DNA of 64,000 bases from Squalus acanthias (lineage: Eukaryota): contig CM059438.1 in the NCBI GenBank assembly GCA_030390025.1, forward strand, positions 57,724,001 through 57,788,000. The letters are read 5' to 3'. Below, in pieces: positions 1 through 12,800 of the stretch. The position numbers were made by a program, and so were the translations under genes. Every line of letters starts with the position of its first letter. The stretch's first letter is position 1. The notes under the pieces were generated by a model, which saw only the letters and a list, made by a program, of their open reading frames with translations, was not told the origin of the DNA and ran no database searches.

Positions 1-738
1 GGATGTAAGAGGCTTTATACCTATATCCTGGATCGAGGGTCCCAACCTAACCCAGCCCCTGCGTTCGGAGATCGAGGAGGGAGAGGAAAGAGAGGACCGG
101 GGATCGCCTTCCCAGGTCTCACCCGCACGCCCAGGCCTTCCCCTGCAACGATGATGCTGAGGATGGACACGATTCTCCGGTGGCCGGACACGATCGTCTC
201 TCTCCTGCCCCCCTCATCTCTGCCTGACCTCCACCCCGATGCTTCCCCGCCCCGATCCTCTCTCCCCACCGCACCTCTCCCTGACCTCCCCCCCGATCAT
301 TTCCCGGCCTGATCCCATATCGCTGGCCAATCAACCATTCGATCCTTTCAATGGCCCACGATCCTCTCTCCCCACCCATTCCATTGCCCGGTCCCGATCC
401 CTGGTCCTCTCCACCTCCCCCTAGATCCATTGCCAGGCCCCCGGTCCTCTCTGCCCCACCCGCTCCGATCAATTACCCGGCCCCTGGTCCCCTCTTCCCC
501 CCCACCCCACTGATCCATTGCCCGGCCCAGCCCTCACTCGAACTTTTGCTGTATGCTCTGTGCGGCCGTAGGCCTACACCCTGCAGCCAGGCAGCCTCTC
601 AATGTGGCTGCCTGCGGGCGGGAAACCGAGGCCTCAAATGCAAATCATGCCCTGCCGTTAAAGTCAGCAGGGCCTATGGGAACCCCGGCCTCCCGATCCC
701 ACCACCCCCAACACGCCTTCCTCCAGAAAATTCTGGCC
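1..738. mobile_element. C-rich non-autonomous Harbinger-like MITE (right part), family M1
   Basis: Ends in gaaaattctggcc; homologous to 10348-11229, 16519-17575 and 25328-26802. The unit copy at ~30185 has the empty site. Confidence 0.7.
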
Positions 739-853
739 TTTGATTGGGATCAAAAAATGGTTTCCTGATTTCTTTAATGTTCTGAAAGGAATAAATAGTT
801 TATCTCAGGAAAGGTACTGTAATAATAGAGCAAACTGCGTGTGTTGTACTCAC

Positions 854-883
854 TGCACTGGACTTGAAGAACTCGGATACACC
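854..883 (-). CDS. 30-nt microexon A (VYPSSSSPV)
   Basis: …tttgtttgttcag|GGTGTATCCGAGTTCTTCAAGTCCAGTGCA|gtgagtac. Confidence 0.78.
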
Positions 884-3800
884 CTGAACAAACAAAAACA
901 ACAAATCATTAACTGTGATGCTGGGATTTCTCACTTCAGTTTTTAATAATTTTACTTCAATATTTTCATAACAGTCAAAATATAATTTAAACTATAGAGC
1001 CCAATAAAACAGAAAGAAAAAAACCCACAACATAACAAGTTCCAAAGAGTGACCCTAGCCATGGTAACAGATAAATTAGCATTGAAACATCCAGGGTTAA
1101 CATGAACTCTTTGCACCAAAAGCACACACACGAAAGGGAAATGCAAGAAATCTCGGGGGAGAAATTCCCCTCGAGGGCCATTTGGGGCACTAAGTCAAAA
1201 ATGTTTGAAAAGTTAGCACTAGGCGAAAACCTTTTCAAACATTTGAGAAATTCCCATTTTTTGATCCAAGTGGGAAGTGGAGCGCTAAATCAAGCGCTCA
1301 AATTGCCTCTTGGAGCGGAAGAGGCGGGGAATGTCCCGATCCAGAGCGATGTGCTCAGTAGCGCCACGAGTGGCCACACATGGCGCTGCCGCGTTGCAGG
1401 GGCTCCTCCCTCAATTAAATGGAAGGGCTCCCCGCTGCGAGCTCTGCATTTTTTTAGGTATCTTTTGGAGCACCGGGTCGTGCGAGTGTTGCGCGATCAG
1501 CCTGGCACTCAAGCTCAGTGCCGGGCTGTCATATCGCGGCACTCAGTCCTCGTGCGGTGCTCTGAAATTTTTTTTTTAAATCAGCGATTTTTTTCATGTT
1601 GGCCTGCCGCTGCGCCTTTAAATGGTGCCCCGCGAGTGGCCGGCCTCAGTGTTCGCAACCCCTGCAGCAGTCAGTAATATCGTCCGGCGCTGCTGCGGGG
1701 CGCGAGGAGTAAAGTTTTCTCCTGAGGCGCTACCGGGGCGATGCGCCAGGAGATGACGTCATGATCTCCGGGCGCAGAAGTTCGGGGTGATACCCGGTAG
1801 CACCGCAGCTAATAATTCCACGGGAGGCACGGTTATCGCCTGGGGGGGGGGGGGGGGGGGGGGGGGGTGGGGGGAAAGCCATTTGCGTCCCATTAGCGCC
1901 TCTCACCGGAGGGTTAAATGAGGGGAATTTCGCCCCCCTACTCTCTTATGAGATACCCACTTGATCCTAAAAAAACATTTTCTGAGGTCCTTTTTATTTT
2001 TCATCCCTCCACTTGATTTCACACCCTTGCACAGTATAAAAGACCACTGCCTGTGTCAATGCATCAGTTCATTTTGATCCAAATTAGCAAAAGCAATAGA
2101 AAACTATTGTGTACAATCCCTGCTAGACCTAAGGGGGTATTCCTGGGTGCGAGAGCAGTGTTTAAAGAATATCTGTTGAAGAACAAAGAAAATCAAACAA
2201 GATAGGTAATCTTTTCTTACTTCTTGATTTGGCATCATCCACATCACTACTGGCCAGTCGTGCCCAGGAGGAGGGGTAGTGAGGTGTCACAAGTATGTTA
2301 AAGAGTAAAAGATCATTTATTTCCTACGCTTGAGTCTTCTCATGCCCCCCAAGCCCATGACAATCACCCCCAAAGTAGCAACTCTGCAGTAGGCTTCTAA
2401 CAGAGGTGTCCTAAGCTTTAGAATCCTGATACCCAGTCCTGATTCAAGCTCAGTGCTGCCAAAGACAGCTGACAGGTCTCCACATCACAGTGAGCGACTC
2501 ACTTGACATCTGCCAATCCCTGAAAAATGATTGCTGAGTCAGTGACTGGTGAGGTGTGCATCCAATCAGTGGAGACACAGTGGACCCAGCAGGTCCTGTC
2601 TGCTCTGACCATTACTGGAAGTTGCTTTCATAAGTTATCCAAGATTTCCTTGGAGGTGAATCAAAATGTAATGGGTACGATGGAATCTGCAAAGATTAAG
2701 GACTGAGACCTTTCCAAGATCCTGAGTAGTGTCTCTCTGTGAAGGAATATGCCACATAACATATTCAGAAAAATACACCATTCTTTGAAAGAATTCTGGC
2801 CTTATTAAAACACGACAAACTGGGTCTGGAAATCTAGAAACCTAACTATGAAAAAGCTGTGAAAGCATTCTGGCTATAGAGATAAGTTGTTGACACTGAA
2901 TCAATAACCTTATTGAAACAGAAGGTTAAAGGCTCCGGTAGTCTGAACCTTTCGGAATCAAACAATGGTTCACCCTGTACAAGGTGTTCTAATTTACACT
3001 TCGTAAAGAAGTACATAAAAGTAAGAAACATCTGCCTTCGTAAAAATGACATCAAGTAAAACACACCTGCCGTTACACCGTTTTTTATGGTAAACTTAGA
3101 ACACCTAGAGAAGAGACATAATTCTGTAATGCTACCAGCTGAAGTGACTGTAAGAAGTGTAGGGGTCAGCAGAAAAATGACTAGAGATGATTAGCTTACA
3201 TCAGCAGAAAACCTTAAAGGAAATACCACTGGAAAAGGGTATAAATATTGAACTCTCAAATGGGATAGTAGACTCGCTTTAAAGGGGCAAAGCGATTCTC
3301 GGCTTCAGAGGCGGCTCTGTAAGTCTCCAACTCTTTGTACCTCAGGGATCAAAGGTATTTGATATTGGTGGATATCCTGTAGAAAACTAAGAACTGTAAA
3401 ACTGTAGCGAAGTTAAGATTTGAGAGTAAGGTTCTCTGATAATAGAATTGTAAGCTTTCTCTTTTTGGAACTGTTAATGTTGCGATTGACTCACCAACTG
3501 TGAATTATATGTCGGTTCTTTAATAAATCTATATATTTTTGGAATTGTCTCACATAAGACTTCTGTATCAAACTCGTGAACTCAATCTTAGTAGAGGGGT
3601 CAATAACCAGGGGGCATAGTTTCAAGGTAAGAGGCAGGAGATTTAGAGGGGATTTGAGGAAAAACTTTTTCACCCAGAGGGTGGTTGGAATCTGGAACTC
3701 ACTGCCTGAAAGGGTGGTAGAGGCAGGAACCCTCACAACATTCAAGAAGCATTTAGATGAGCACTTGAAACGCCAAAGCGTACAAGGCTACGGACCAAGT

Positions 3801-6800
3801 GCTGGAAAATGGGATTACAATAGACAGGGCTTGATGGCCGGCGCGGACACGATGGGCCGAAGGGCCTCTTACTGTGCTGTATAACTCTATGACTTTATGA
3901 CTCTAATCCCTGTACACTCTTTGGTGAGGAGTTGCAGAATTCTGAGGGAGTTTTCCGGACCCTCATAATATCCGGAACGTTACAGTCTAGCTAAATTTAT
4001 TAAAAGTGCTATCTGGAGGACGGTAACATTTTCAGGTTGTTCCTTTCTTTTAGGGAGAGATAGTCCGGACCTTTAGACCCAATTAAGCGTCTTTAGGATT
4101 CAGCTACCTCAAACTTTAGTTGAAAGTGAACGTCTGAGGAATACGCCTGATCCGGGGTAGCACTAAAGGGGCGAGGACTAGTAATTATCCCTTCATCTCC
4201 CCCAATGCAGGGTTACATTCTGGACAGGTTAAAGGTAAATTTTAATTAACGTGTGGACATTCATGTACAATGTTCCTATGGTATTTCTTTGCTATTTTAA
4301 AGGAGCATTTAACCCGTTGTAAATAAGCATCACACAAAAGCATTAGCAATTGTGCACTAATATTGCACACAGTAAATTACAGGCTATAAATAAAAGACAA
4401 ATGGAGAAGAAGAAGGCAAATTCCATGGTGGCCTTTATTGCAAGGGGGTTGGAGTATAAAAGTAAGGAAGTATTGCTACAATTGTACAGGGCGTTGGTGA
4501 GACCACAACTGGAGTACTGTGCACAGTTTTGGTCTCCTTATCTAAGGAAGGATGTACTTGCCTTGGAGGTGGTGCAACAAAAGTTCACTAGATTGATTCC
4601 TGGGATGAGAGGGCTGTCCTATGATGAGAGATTGTGTAGAATGGGCCTATACTCTCTGGAGTTTAGAAGAATGAGAGGTGATCTCATTGAAACATACAAG
4701 ATTCTGAAGTGGATTGACAAGGTAGATGTTGAGAGGTTGTTTCCCCTGGCTGGAGTGTCTAGGGGGCATAGTCTCAGGATAAGGAGTAGGACATTTAAGA
4801 CTGAGATGTGGAAGAATTTCTTCACTCAGAGGGCTGTGAATCTTTGGAATTCTCTGCCCCAGAGGGCTGTGAATGCTAAGTCTTTGAGTATATTCAAGGC
4901 TGAGATAGAAAGATTTTTGGACTCTTGCGGAATCAAGGGATATGGAGATCGGGCAGGAAAGTGGAGTTGAGGTCGATGATCAGCCATGATCTTATTGAAT
5001 GGTGGAGCAGGCTCGAAGGGCCGTATGGCCTACTCCTGCTATTACTTCTTATGTTCTTATTAGGGGTAAAGGAAAAACTAGGTTAGCAGAAATAATACAT
5101 TTTTATTAGTTTATCAATGCCTATTTAGATTTTGACTTGCTTTATTATTTCAATACACAATGGCTCATTCTAGACAAAACCTTTCATCAAGTTACTGTAA
5201 TATTTCAACAGTGAGTTTTTTGTACTGACCGATCCTCAGTTAAAGATGCTCTCGGCCTTCTAAGAGTACAAAAAAAGAACCAATAGAAATACCCTCTAAA
5301 AATATTGGCATTTTTACTTTCTGCTGAGGACTCGAGTTTTATCAGCAAGATACACCAAAAAGTGTGAGTTCTGACAAAAACAGCTGCATTTAGTCTCTGG
5401 TTGTGGCCTCCTACCGCTGGCATTCCCTCGCTGCCGCTGGCTAGGTTGTCCATTTGGCTGGCTGCCAGAAGGGAAATGGAACAAAAATGTTTGAGGTCCT
5501 ATCGTTAAGTTCGGCAGGACCTCCGTGTTCCCAGACCCTTGCCCGGTTCTTCGACTGTTTTTGGCCTACCCCGTGACTTCTTCACCGCCCCGTAAATATC
5601 AGGGCCCTGATGTTAGGAACACTCTGGTCCTATTCAGGTTGTGGCAGAGACAGAGACACAGTCAGTCAGATCTAGCAAAGTCAGTCAGGTTTAAAACAGA
5701 GCTGCAATGCCAAGAAAGGGACTTGTATTTATATAACATCTTATCATTTCTGTCAATAAACATTTCACATGAAATGAATTGCTTTCAATTGAGTGACTGG
5801 TATGCATGAAGTGTCAAGAACAGTTTCCAAATTTAAAAAGCGGGTGAACTTTTAAACATTCTATACGGACAATACCAATTTGAGATACAAAATCTGAAAA
5901 AGCTCTGTAGATTCCCTCTGCATAAAGATACAAATATCCCCAAAGGCTGGCTCTGCCAGAAAGTGTATCTGGATAGAACCAGCCCTTGTTAGCAACATCT
6001 AGCACCGTTGCTAACCAGTCCCCAAATCCCAATATTAGAATTATTTATCATGACTTACCAGAAGGTTTGGATTCTGCATTCCCATTAAATGGGAGGAGAG
6101 TCACACATCCTTTATGACTGTATTCTACTTTCTTTGTTACTATCTCAGATAACCAATAACTTTTCCCTTCCTTTTTCCACCAATTTTCTCCCCTTGTTGC
6201 GCATTGGTCACAAAGCACTGGACACCACGGCTGCGATTTTGTCGGCACTGAGAGGGCGGGTTTGGAGGCGGGTCCAAGGTTAAAATCATTTTGATTGACG
6301 GCGGGTTGTGATCCCGCAGTCAACCCGCCTCCACGCTACTTTGCCAAATGCCGGCTCCGGTAGTCCCGATTGGTCCCGTCACCAAGCGGCGGGAGAAACC
6401 CTTAAGGCAGTTAACAGCTTGTTAACTGCCTGGATAAGCCTATTTTAACAGGGTATTTCAATTTTACCACATTTTCAGCGTGTTCCATGCTGTTCCCAAA
6501 CCACGCCAGCTGATTGTGCCGGTTCAGCAAGTGCCTGACTTCTTGACAGCTGCAGCTCCAGCATAAAAACGGTACTCTAACATTGCTAACTGACAGATGA
6601 CAGAACTTTGTTTTTTCAGGTGTTGGAACACCTTTTGCAGGTCTATTGAGCTTGTAAGTGGTGAAGTTGAGATCCATCTCCACTGTGACCTCCTGGGAAA
6701 ACCCTCTCCCCATATTGACTGAGCACGTATAACATCTATTCCTCAACTGACATATCTACCAGCAGCATGGGAACCATTTATACCCTGTCATCCTGGTCCT

Positions 6801-9800
6801 CAGAATCGGAGGAAGAGCAGCCGTGACAGCAGCAGAACCAGGCACAACAGCAGCAGCAACAGTACGAGCGCCAACCTCCTCCTCGCCCACTTGATGCTGC
6901 ACAGGGCAGAGGGCATCAGCGCAGGCCTGAACGTCGCCGCAGGAGACACCCCTAACACAAGGTTTACAGGCAGAGGATGAGCTTCCTCAACATGACTGAG
7001 CAGCAGTGCCAAAGGAGGCCGAGACTTTCGCGAGAGGTAGTCGCTGACATCTGCGCAATGCTGCAGCAACACCTGGAGCCCAGAGGAGCGGGTGGACACC
7101 CCTTGCCAGTGGCTGTCAAAGTCACCACCGCGCTCAATTTTTTTGCTTCAGGCTCCTTCCAGGGATCATCAGCAGACATCAGCGGCATCTCCCAGTCGGC
7201 TGCACACACTTACATCACGCAGGTTACCGATGCCCTCTTTGCAAAGGTGCACAATTACATCCACTTCTCCACGGATGAAGCAAGTGTAACCGCGCATGCG
7301 GTTGGCTTTGCAAAGCTGGCAGGCTTGCCAAGTGCAGGGCGTCATAGACTGCACACATGTGGCCATTAGGGCACCCCATCACAACCCAGCTGTATTTGTG
7401 AACCGCAAGGGCTTCCACTCCCTTAACGTCCAGCTGGTGTGTAACCACAGGAAGAACATTATGCAGTTGCCATGACTCATTCATCCTGCGGCAGTCTACT
7501 CTGCCTTCGCTCTTCAATCCGCCAACCCAATTTTCCGGATGGCTACTTGGTGACAAGGGCTATCCCCTGAAGACGTGGCTAATGACGCTGTTGAAGAGGC
7601 CATCAAATGAAGCAGAGCAGCGCTACAATGTGAGCCACATTTCCACCAGAGGCATCATCGAGCAAACCATCGGCTTGCTCAAAATGTGATTCAGATGCCT
7701 CGACAGATCAGGTGGAGCCCTACAGTACTCAGCAGCCAGGGTCTCCAAAATCATCGTGGTCTGCTGTGCACTGCACAACATCGCACAGCAGCGTGACTTC
7801 CAGCTGCCTGAGGAACAAGTGGCTCAGCGCATAGCCTCCTCAGATGAGGAGGAGGAGGAAGAACTTGCGGAGGCGGATGCGCCAGGTCCAGCAGCACCCG
7901 AGCACATTGCTGCCCGTGATGCAAGGGATGCACTAATCTTTGCCAGATTCGCTTAAGTAGACGAATCAAACACATGTGACTGGCACCTTCTTAACACACC
8001 ATACACTATGTACAAGAACCTGTGGGTTCCGATCACTCTCACCACCATCATTACAAATGCAAGTCGCCCTGAGCCCTCAATGTGCAACTTCCATTTCCCA
8101 GAACACATAGACCAGAACTTCAACTGTTTGCCATCACTTTTGTTTAATACATACACAAAAGGATGACAATGGCAAATATTAAACAGAACAAAAGACAACA
8201 GAATAGAACACCCAAGTGACTACCCTTGTGACTAGCTGTGCTTTACCTTCCTCTTACGCGTGCTTCTACGTGGTGCTTCCCCTGTGGCTTCAGCAGATGT
8301 GGAGGCACTTTGCTCACTTTCATGCTGCTCCTGCTTCGACACCTTTGGCGGGCGTCCTCTGGGTTTGCGAGCCTGCGTGGGCTCGGCAACAGTCTGCTCC
8401 TCCTGCGGCTGTGCAAGGGCTGAGACGCCCATCTCAGTTGGGTGAGGACTTTGGTGGGGCTCTGACCGAGGGTTCCGCAGTGTCATGGGAGTGTGAGCGC
8501 TTGGAGAGGAGCCCCCACTTCCTTGTTGCCTGCCACCAACATCCCTCTCATGGGTCAGCCCCACTTCAGTGCTAGCAAGTGGCTGGACAGCACCTTGCTG
8601 CACATCAGGGGGGCCATGAGGACCCGTACCTGCACTGGAAGTCATAGAAACATAGAAACATATGTTTCTATGTTTCCTCTGACGTAGTCATCCTTTCCAC
8701 GGAGGTTGCCATCCTATCCGTGGTGGTGCATCCTCCATCCTCTCCACACTCGCAGTAACCCTGGATGCAAAACCTGCTAGAAACTCCTGCACTTGTTCCT
8801 GGAGTTCCAGCACTGCTCTCTTTCTGGATGACCCCAGAGGCACAGGGTCCACATGCGGCTGAGCAGAGCTGGCAGCGCCCTGCGGCCTCCGACGAGGACT
8901 CTCCACTGCTGTCCCTGTCTCCACCAGCTGCTGATGCTCACTTGTGAGCTGTGATATACCAGGTGACAACACTATTCTATAGTCGCACAGGACCCACTGA
9001 GGTGTGCGTAACTGCGCTGGTGCTGGGTGCGCTTAATTCTGCTGACACTGCGCCCTCAGAGGTTGCAGCTTCCTCTGAGGAGTCTTCTGGCTCTTCCTCC
9101 TGGACAGTGGGGCTCTCAATGGTCCTGTGGGGAAGTAAAGGCATGAGTTAGACTTGTGATATTAACGTAGCATGCACATCGAATTGTGCAGATGGTCATA
9201 ACTCAATCTGTATGAGCATCAGATGGCATATCAGTCACTCATGCAATGTAAATGAGGGATGCAAATCTATTCTGTCACCAGCTTGCTCTGCTGCGCCCGT
9301 CTGACCGTCCCCCACTTCCAGATCCTCAGCACCTCCGATGATTTCGAGTGCAGCCTCCTCAGCGGTGGTCATATGGGCAATGGAAGGTGGCCCTCCTCCT
9401 GTCCTGGCCCTCTCCCTCTTATTGTGTGCTCTCTTTTCCATCAATGAGGGGCACAAGTGGAGTTTGCGTGAGAATGTTGGAGTGAGTGTAGAGAATACAT
9501 AGCATAGATGCTTAGAAGGAGATAAAGATGGAGTGAGGTGCCAATACCAAGGGCCCTCCCTGTGCGTTGTTAGTTGTTGGCATTGCATAACAGTGATAGC
9601 GAGTGTGAGGGCTGCATAGTCGAATAGTGAAGTGATTCAGTACATAGAGAGAGGGATGGTTAAGGGTGCAAGGGATGTAAGGGTAAAGTGGGATGTGCAG
9701 GAGTAGGTTGACAATGCAGAGTGCTGGTGATGAGAGGAGATGGGGAGCAGATTGAAGGTAAGTGTGATGTTATACTCACTGTTCCTGAGCGTACCAGGTC

Positions 9801-12800
9801 ATTAAATCTTTTCTGGCACTGGACCCAGGAGCGAGCACACAAAGATCTGGAGCTGACCTCCTCAGCAATTTGCAGCCAGGCTGCTTTGCTTTGATAAGGA
9901 GGCTTCCTCCGTCCAGATGATGGGAACAGTACCTCTTGGCGCCCTCTCACTCCATCCACAAGAGCATGGAGGGAGTCATCATCAAAGCGGGGAGAGGCCT
10001 TGGCTCTTGCAGCAGTCATGAGTACAATTGCCAAAACGAGAACCAGCAGAAAAGGATGAAAATGAAACAATGCTGCATGGGCCCCTTAAATACAGCTGGC
10101 TGATAGACATCAGCAGAGGCGAGCAGCAGACCCGAAACCACTAATTGGGCCGGGTAGCACGCACGCAGAGATTTAATAGGCCACTTAACTCAAAATCGCA
10201 ATTTCTGACCGGCTGAAAGCGGACACGGGACCGGAACCCGCCGACCACCTGGCCAGCACCCAACCCGCCTCCAATGATAAAATCGCGGCCCACCTACTAC
10301 CCCAAATCTCTGCTCTATTTCCCACTTTGGGAGTGACTCAGACACTTGGAGGGAATTTCACCCGAATAAAACGGGTGGGTTTGGAGAGTGGGGGTATTTC
10401 ATTGTTAAAAATGGGATTCCCGACCTGATCCCGCCCACTTCCAGTTTTAATAGAGGTTGGACGGGGGGCGGGCAACCAACCCACACCCAGGGAGTGGAAC
10501 ATCAGTTTAATATTATAATGAGGCTGTAAGCCATTTTTTAACCTCCATATTGTTTTCAACTACTTGTGGACGGGCTTCACACAATTCGTGAAAACCGGGA
10601 GTTAAAGCAAGATGAGGACGACTGGATCCAGGATGTAAGTGGCTTTATACCTGCCTCCTGGATCCAGGGTCCCTACCTAACCCAGCCCCCACGATCTCCG
10701 ATCGTGGGGGGAGTGGAAAGAGAGGACCGGTGATCACCTTCCCAGGTCTCACCCGCACACACCGGCCTTCCCCCACAACGATGATGCTGAGGGCGGCCAC
10801 GATTCTCCAGTGGCCGGACACGATCGTCTCTCTCCTGCCGCCCCTATCTCTGGCTGACCATTCCATTCTTCCAATGGCCCACGATCCTCTCTCCCCACCC
10901 ATTCCATTGCCCGGCCCCGATCCCTGGTCCTTTCCACCTCCCCCTAGATACATTGCCAGGCCCCCGGTCCTCTCTGTGCCGCCCGCTCCGATCCATTGCC
11001 CGGCCCAGCCCTCACTCGAACTCTTCTTGTCTGCTCTGTGCGGTCGTAGGCCTACCCCCTGCAGCTAGCCAGCCTCTCAACCTGGCTGGCTGCAGGCGGG
11101 AAACCGAGGCCTCACATGCAAATCATGCCCTGCCGATAAAGTCAGCAGGGCCTGCGGGAACCCCGGCCTCCCGACCACAATGGATCATCCCACCAACCCC
11201 AACACGCCTTCCTCCAGAAAATTCCGGCCTTGGATTGGGATCAAAAAATGGGTTCCTGATTTCTTTCATGTACTGGAATGAATAAATAGTTTGTCTCAGG
11301 AAAAGTACTGTAATAATAGAGCAAACTGTGTGTGTTGTACTCACTGCACTGAACTTGAAGAACTCGGATACACCCTGAACAAACAAAAACAACAAATCAT
11401 TAACTGTGATGCTGGGATTTCTCACTACAGTTTTTAATAGTTTTAGTTCAAGATTTTCATAACAGTCAAAATATAATTTAAACTATAGAGGCCAATAAAA
11501 CAGAAAGAAAACACCCCACAACATAACAAGTTCCAAAGAGTGACCCTAGCCATGGTTACAGATAAATTAGCATTGAAACATCCAGGGTTAACATGAACTC
11601 TCTGCACCAAAAGCACACACACGAAAGGAAAACCCAAGAAACCTCGGGGGAGAAATTCCCCTAGAGGCCATTTGGGGCGTTAAGTCAAAAATGTTTGAAA
11701 AGTTAGTACCAGGCGCTAACCTTTTCAAACATTTGCGAAATTCCCATTTTTTGATCCAAGAGGGAAGTGGAGCGCTAAATCAAGAGCTCAACTTGTCTCT
11801 TGGAGTGCAAGAGGCGGGGAATATCCTGATCCGGAGTGATGTGCTCAGCAGCGCCCCGAGTGGCCACGCATGGCGCTGCCGCGTTGCAGGGGCTCCTCCC
11901 TCAATTAAAGGGAAGGGCTCCCCGCTGCGAGCTCTGTATTTTTATTTGCATCTGCTGGAACACCGGGCTGCGTGAGTGCTGCGTGATAAGCCCGGCACTC
12001 AGGCAAAATTTATTTTTATATCAGCGATGTTTTTCATGTCGGACGGCCACTGCGCCTTGAAATGCTGCCCTGCGAGTGGCCGGCCTCAGTGTTCGCAACC
12101 CCTGTAGCAGTCGGTAATATCGCCCGGCGCTGCTGCGCGGCGCGAGGAGGAAAGTTTTCTCCTGAGGCGCTACCGGGGCGCTGCGCCAGGAGATGACATC
12201 ATGATCTCTGGGTGCAGAAGTTTGGGGCGATACCCGGTAGCGCCGCAGCTAATAATTCTGCGGAAGGCACGGTTATCGCCTCGGGGGGGGGGGGGGGGGG
12301 GGGGCAAAAAGCCATTTACCCCCTGTTAGCGCCTCCCACCGGAGGGTCAAAGGAGCGGAATTTCGTCCCCCTACTCTCTTCTGAGATTCCCACTTGATCC
12401 TAAAATACATTTTCTGAAGTCCTTTTTATTTTTCATCCCTCCACTTGGTTTCCCACTCTTGCACAGGATAAAAGACCACTGCCTGTGTCAACACATCAGT
12501 TCATTTTGATCCAAAGTGGCAAAAGGAATAGAAAACTATTGTGTACAGTCCCTGCTAGACCTAAGGGGGTATTCCTGGGTGCGAGAGCAGTGTTTAAGAA
12601 TATCTGTTGAAGAACAAAGAAAATCAAACAAGATAGGTAATCTTTTCTTACTTCTTCATTTGGCTTCATCCACATCACTACTGGCCAGTCGTGCCCAGGA
12701 GGAGGGGTAGTGAGGTGTCACAAGTATGTTAAAGAGTAAAAGATTATTTATTTCCTACGCTTGAGTCTTCTCATGTCCCCCAAGCCCATGACAATCACCA

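Larger units (their letters stand above)
6229..10290. mobile_element. Full-length (decayed) autonomous-type Harbinger/PIF DNA transposon
   Basis: TIRs ggctgcgatttt / aaaatcgcggcc; 3-bp TSD CAC (6226-6228, 10291-10293); empty site 'gacaccacctac' in other units; convergent transposase and Myb-like genes. Confidence 0.92.

Noticed and set aside
2129..2200. Strong acceptor-like tract (…ttctttgttcttcaacag) in each unit
   Set aside because: No good donor follows, and the candidate exon has a 1-nt indel between copies.
2739..3058. Possible decayed accessory ORF in the LTR U3 region
   Set aside because: Four internal stops in about 107 codons is near random expectation, and there is no recognisable motif.
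6058..6072. Possible third 15-nt microexon (CAG|AATCCAAACCTTCTG|GTAAGT, minus strand), also at ~16287 and ~29950
   Set aside because: The acceptor has a purine-rich run before AG, the donor is weakened to GTAAAT in one copy, and the region is deleted in the unit at ~25327. It cannot be excluded as an alternative exon but is unsupported.
6767..7956. Domesticated HARBI1/NAIF1-type host genes
   Set aside because: Frameshifts and stops, with intact TIRs and TSD, mark it as a transposon copy.
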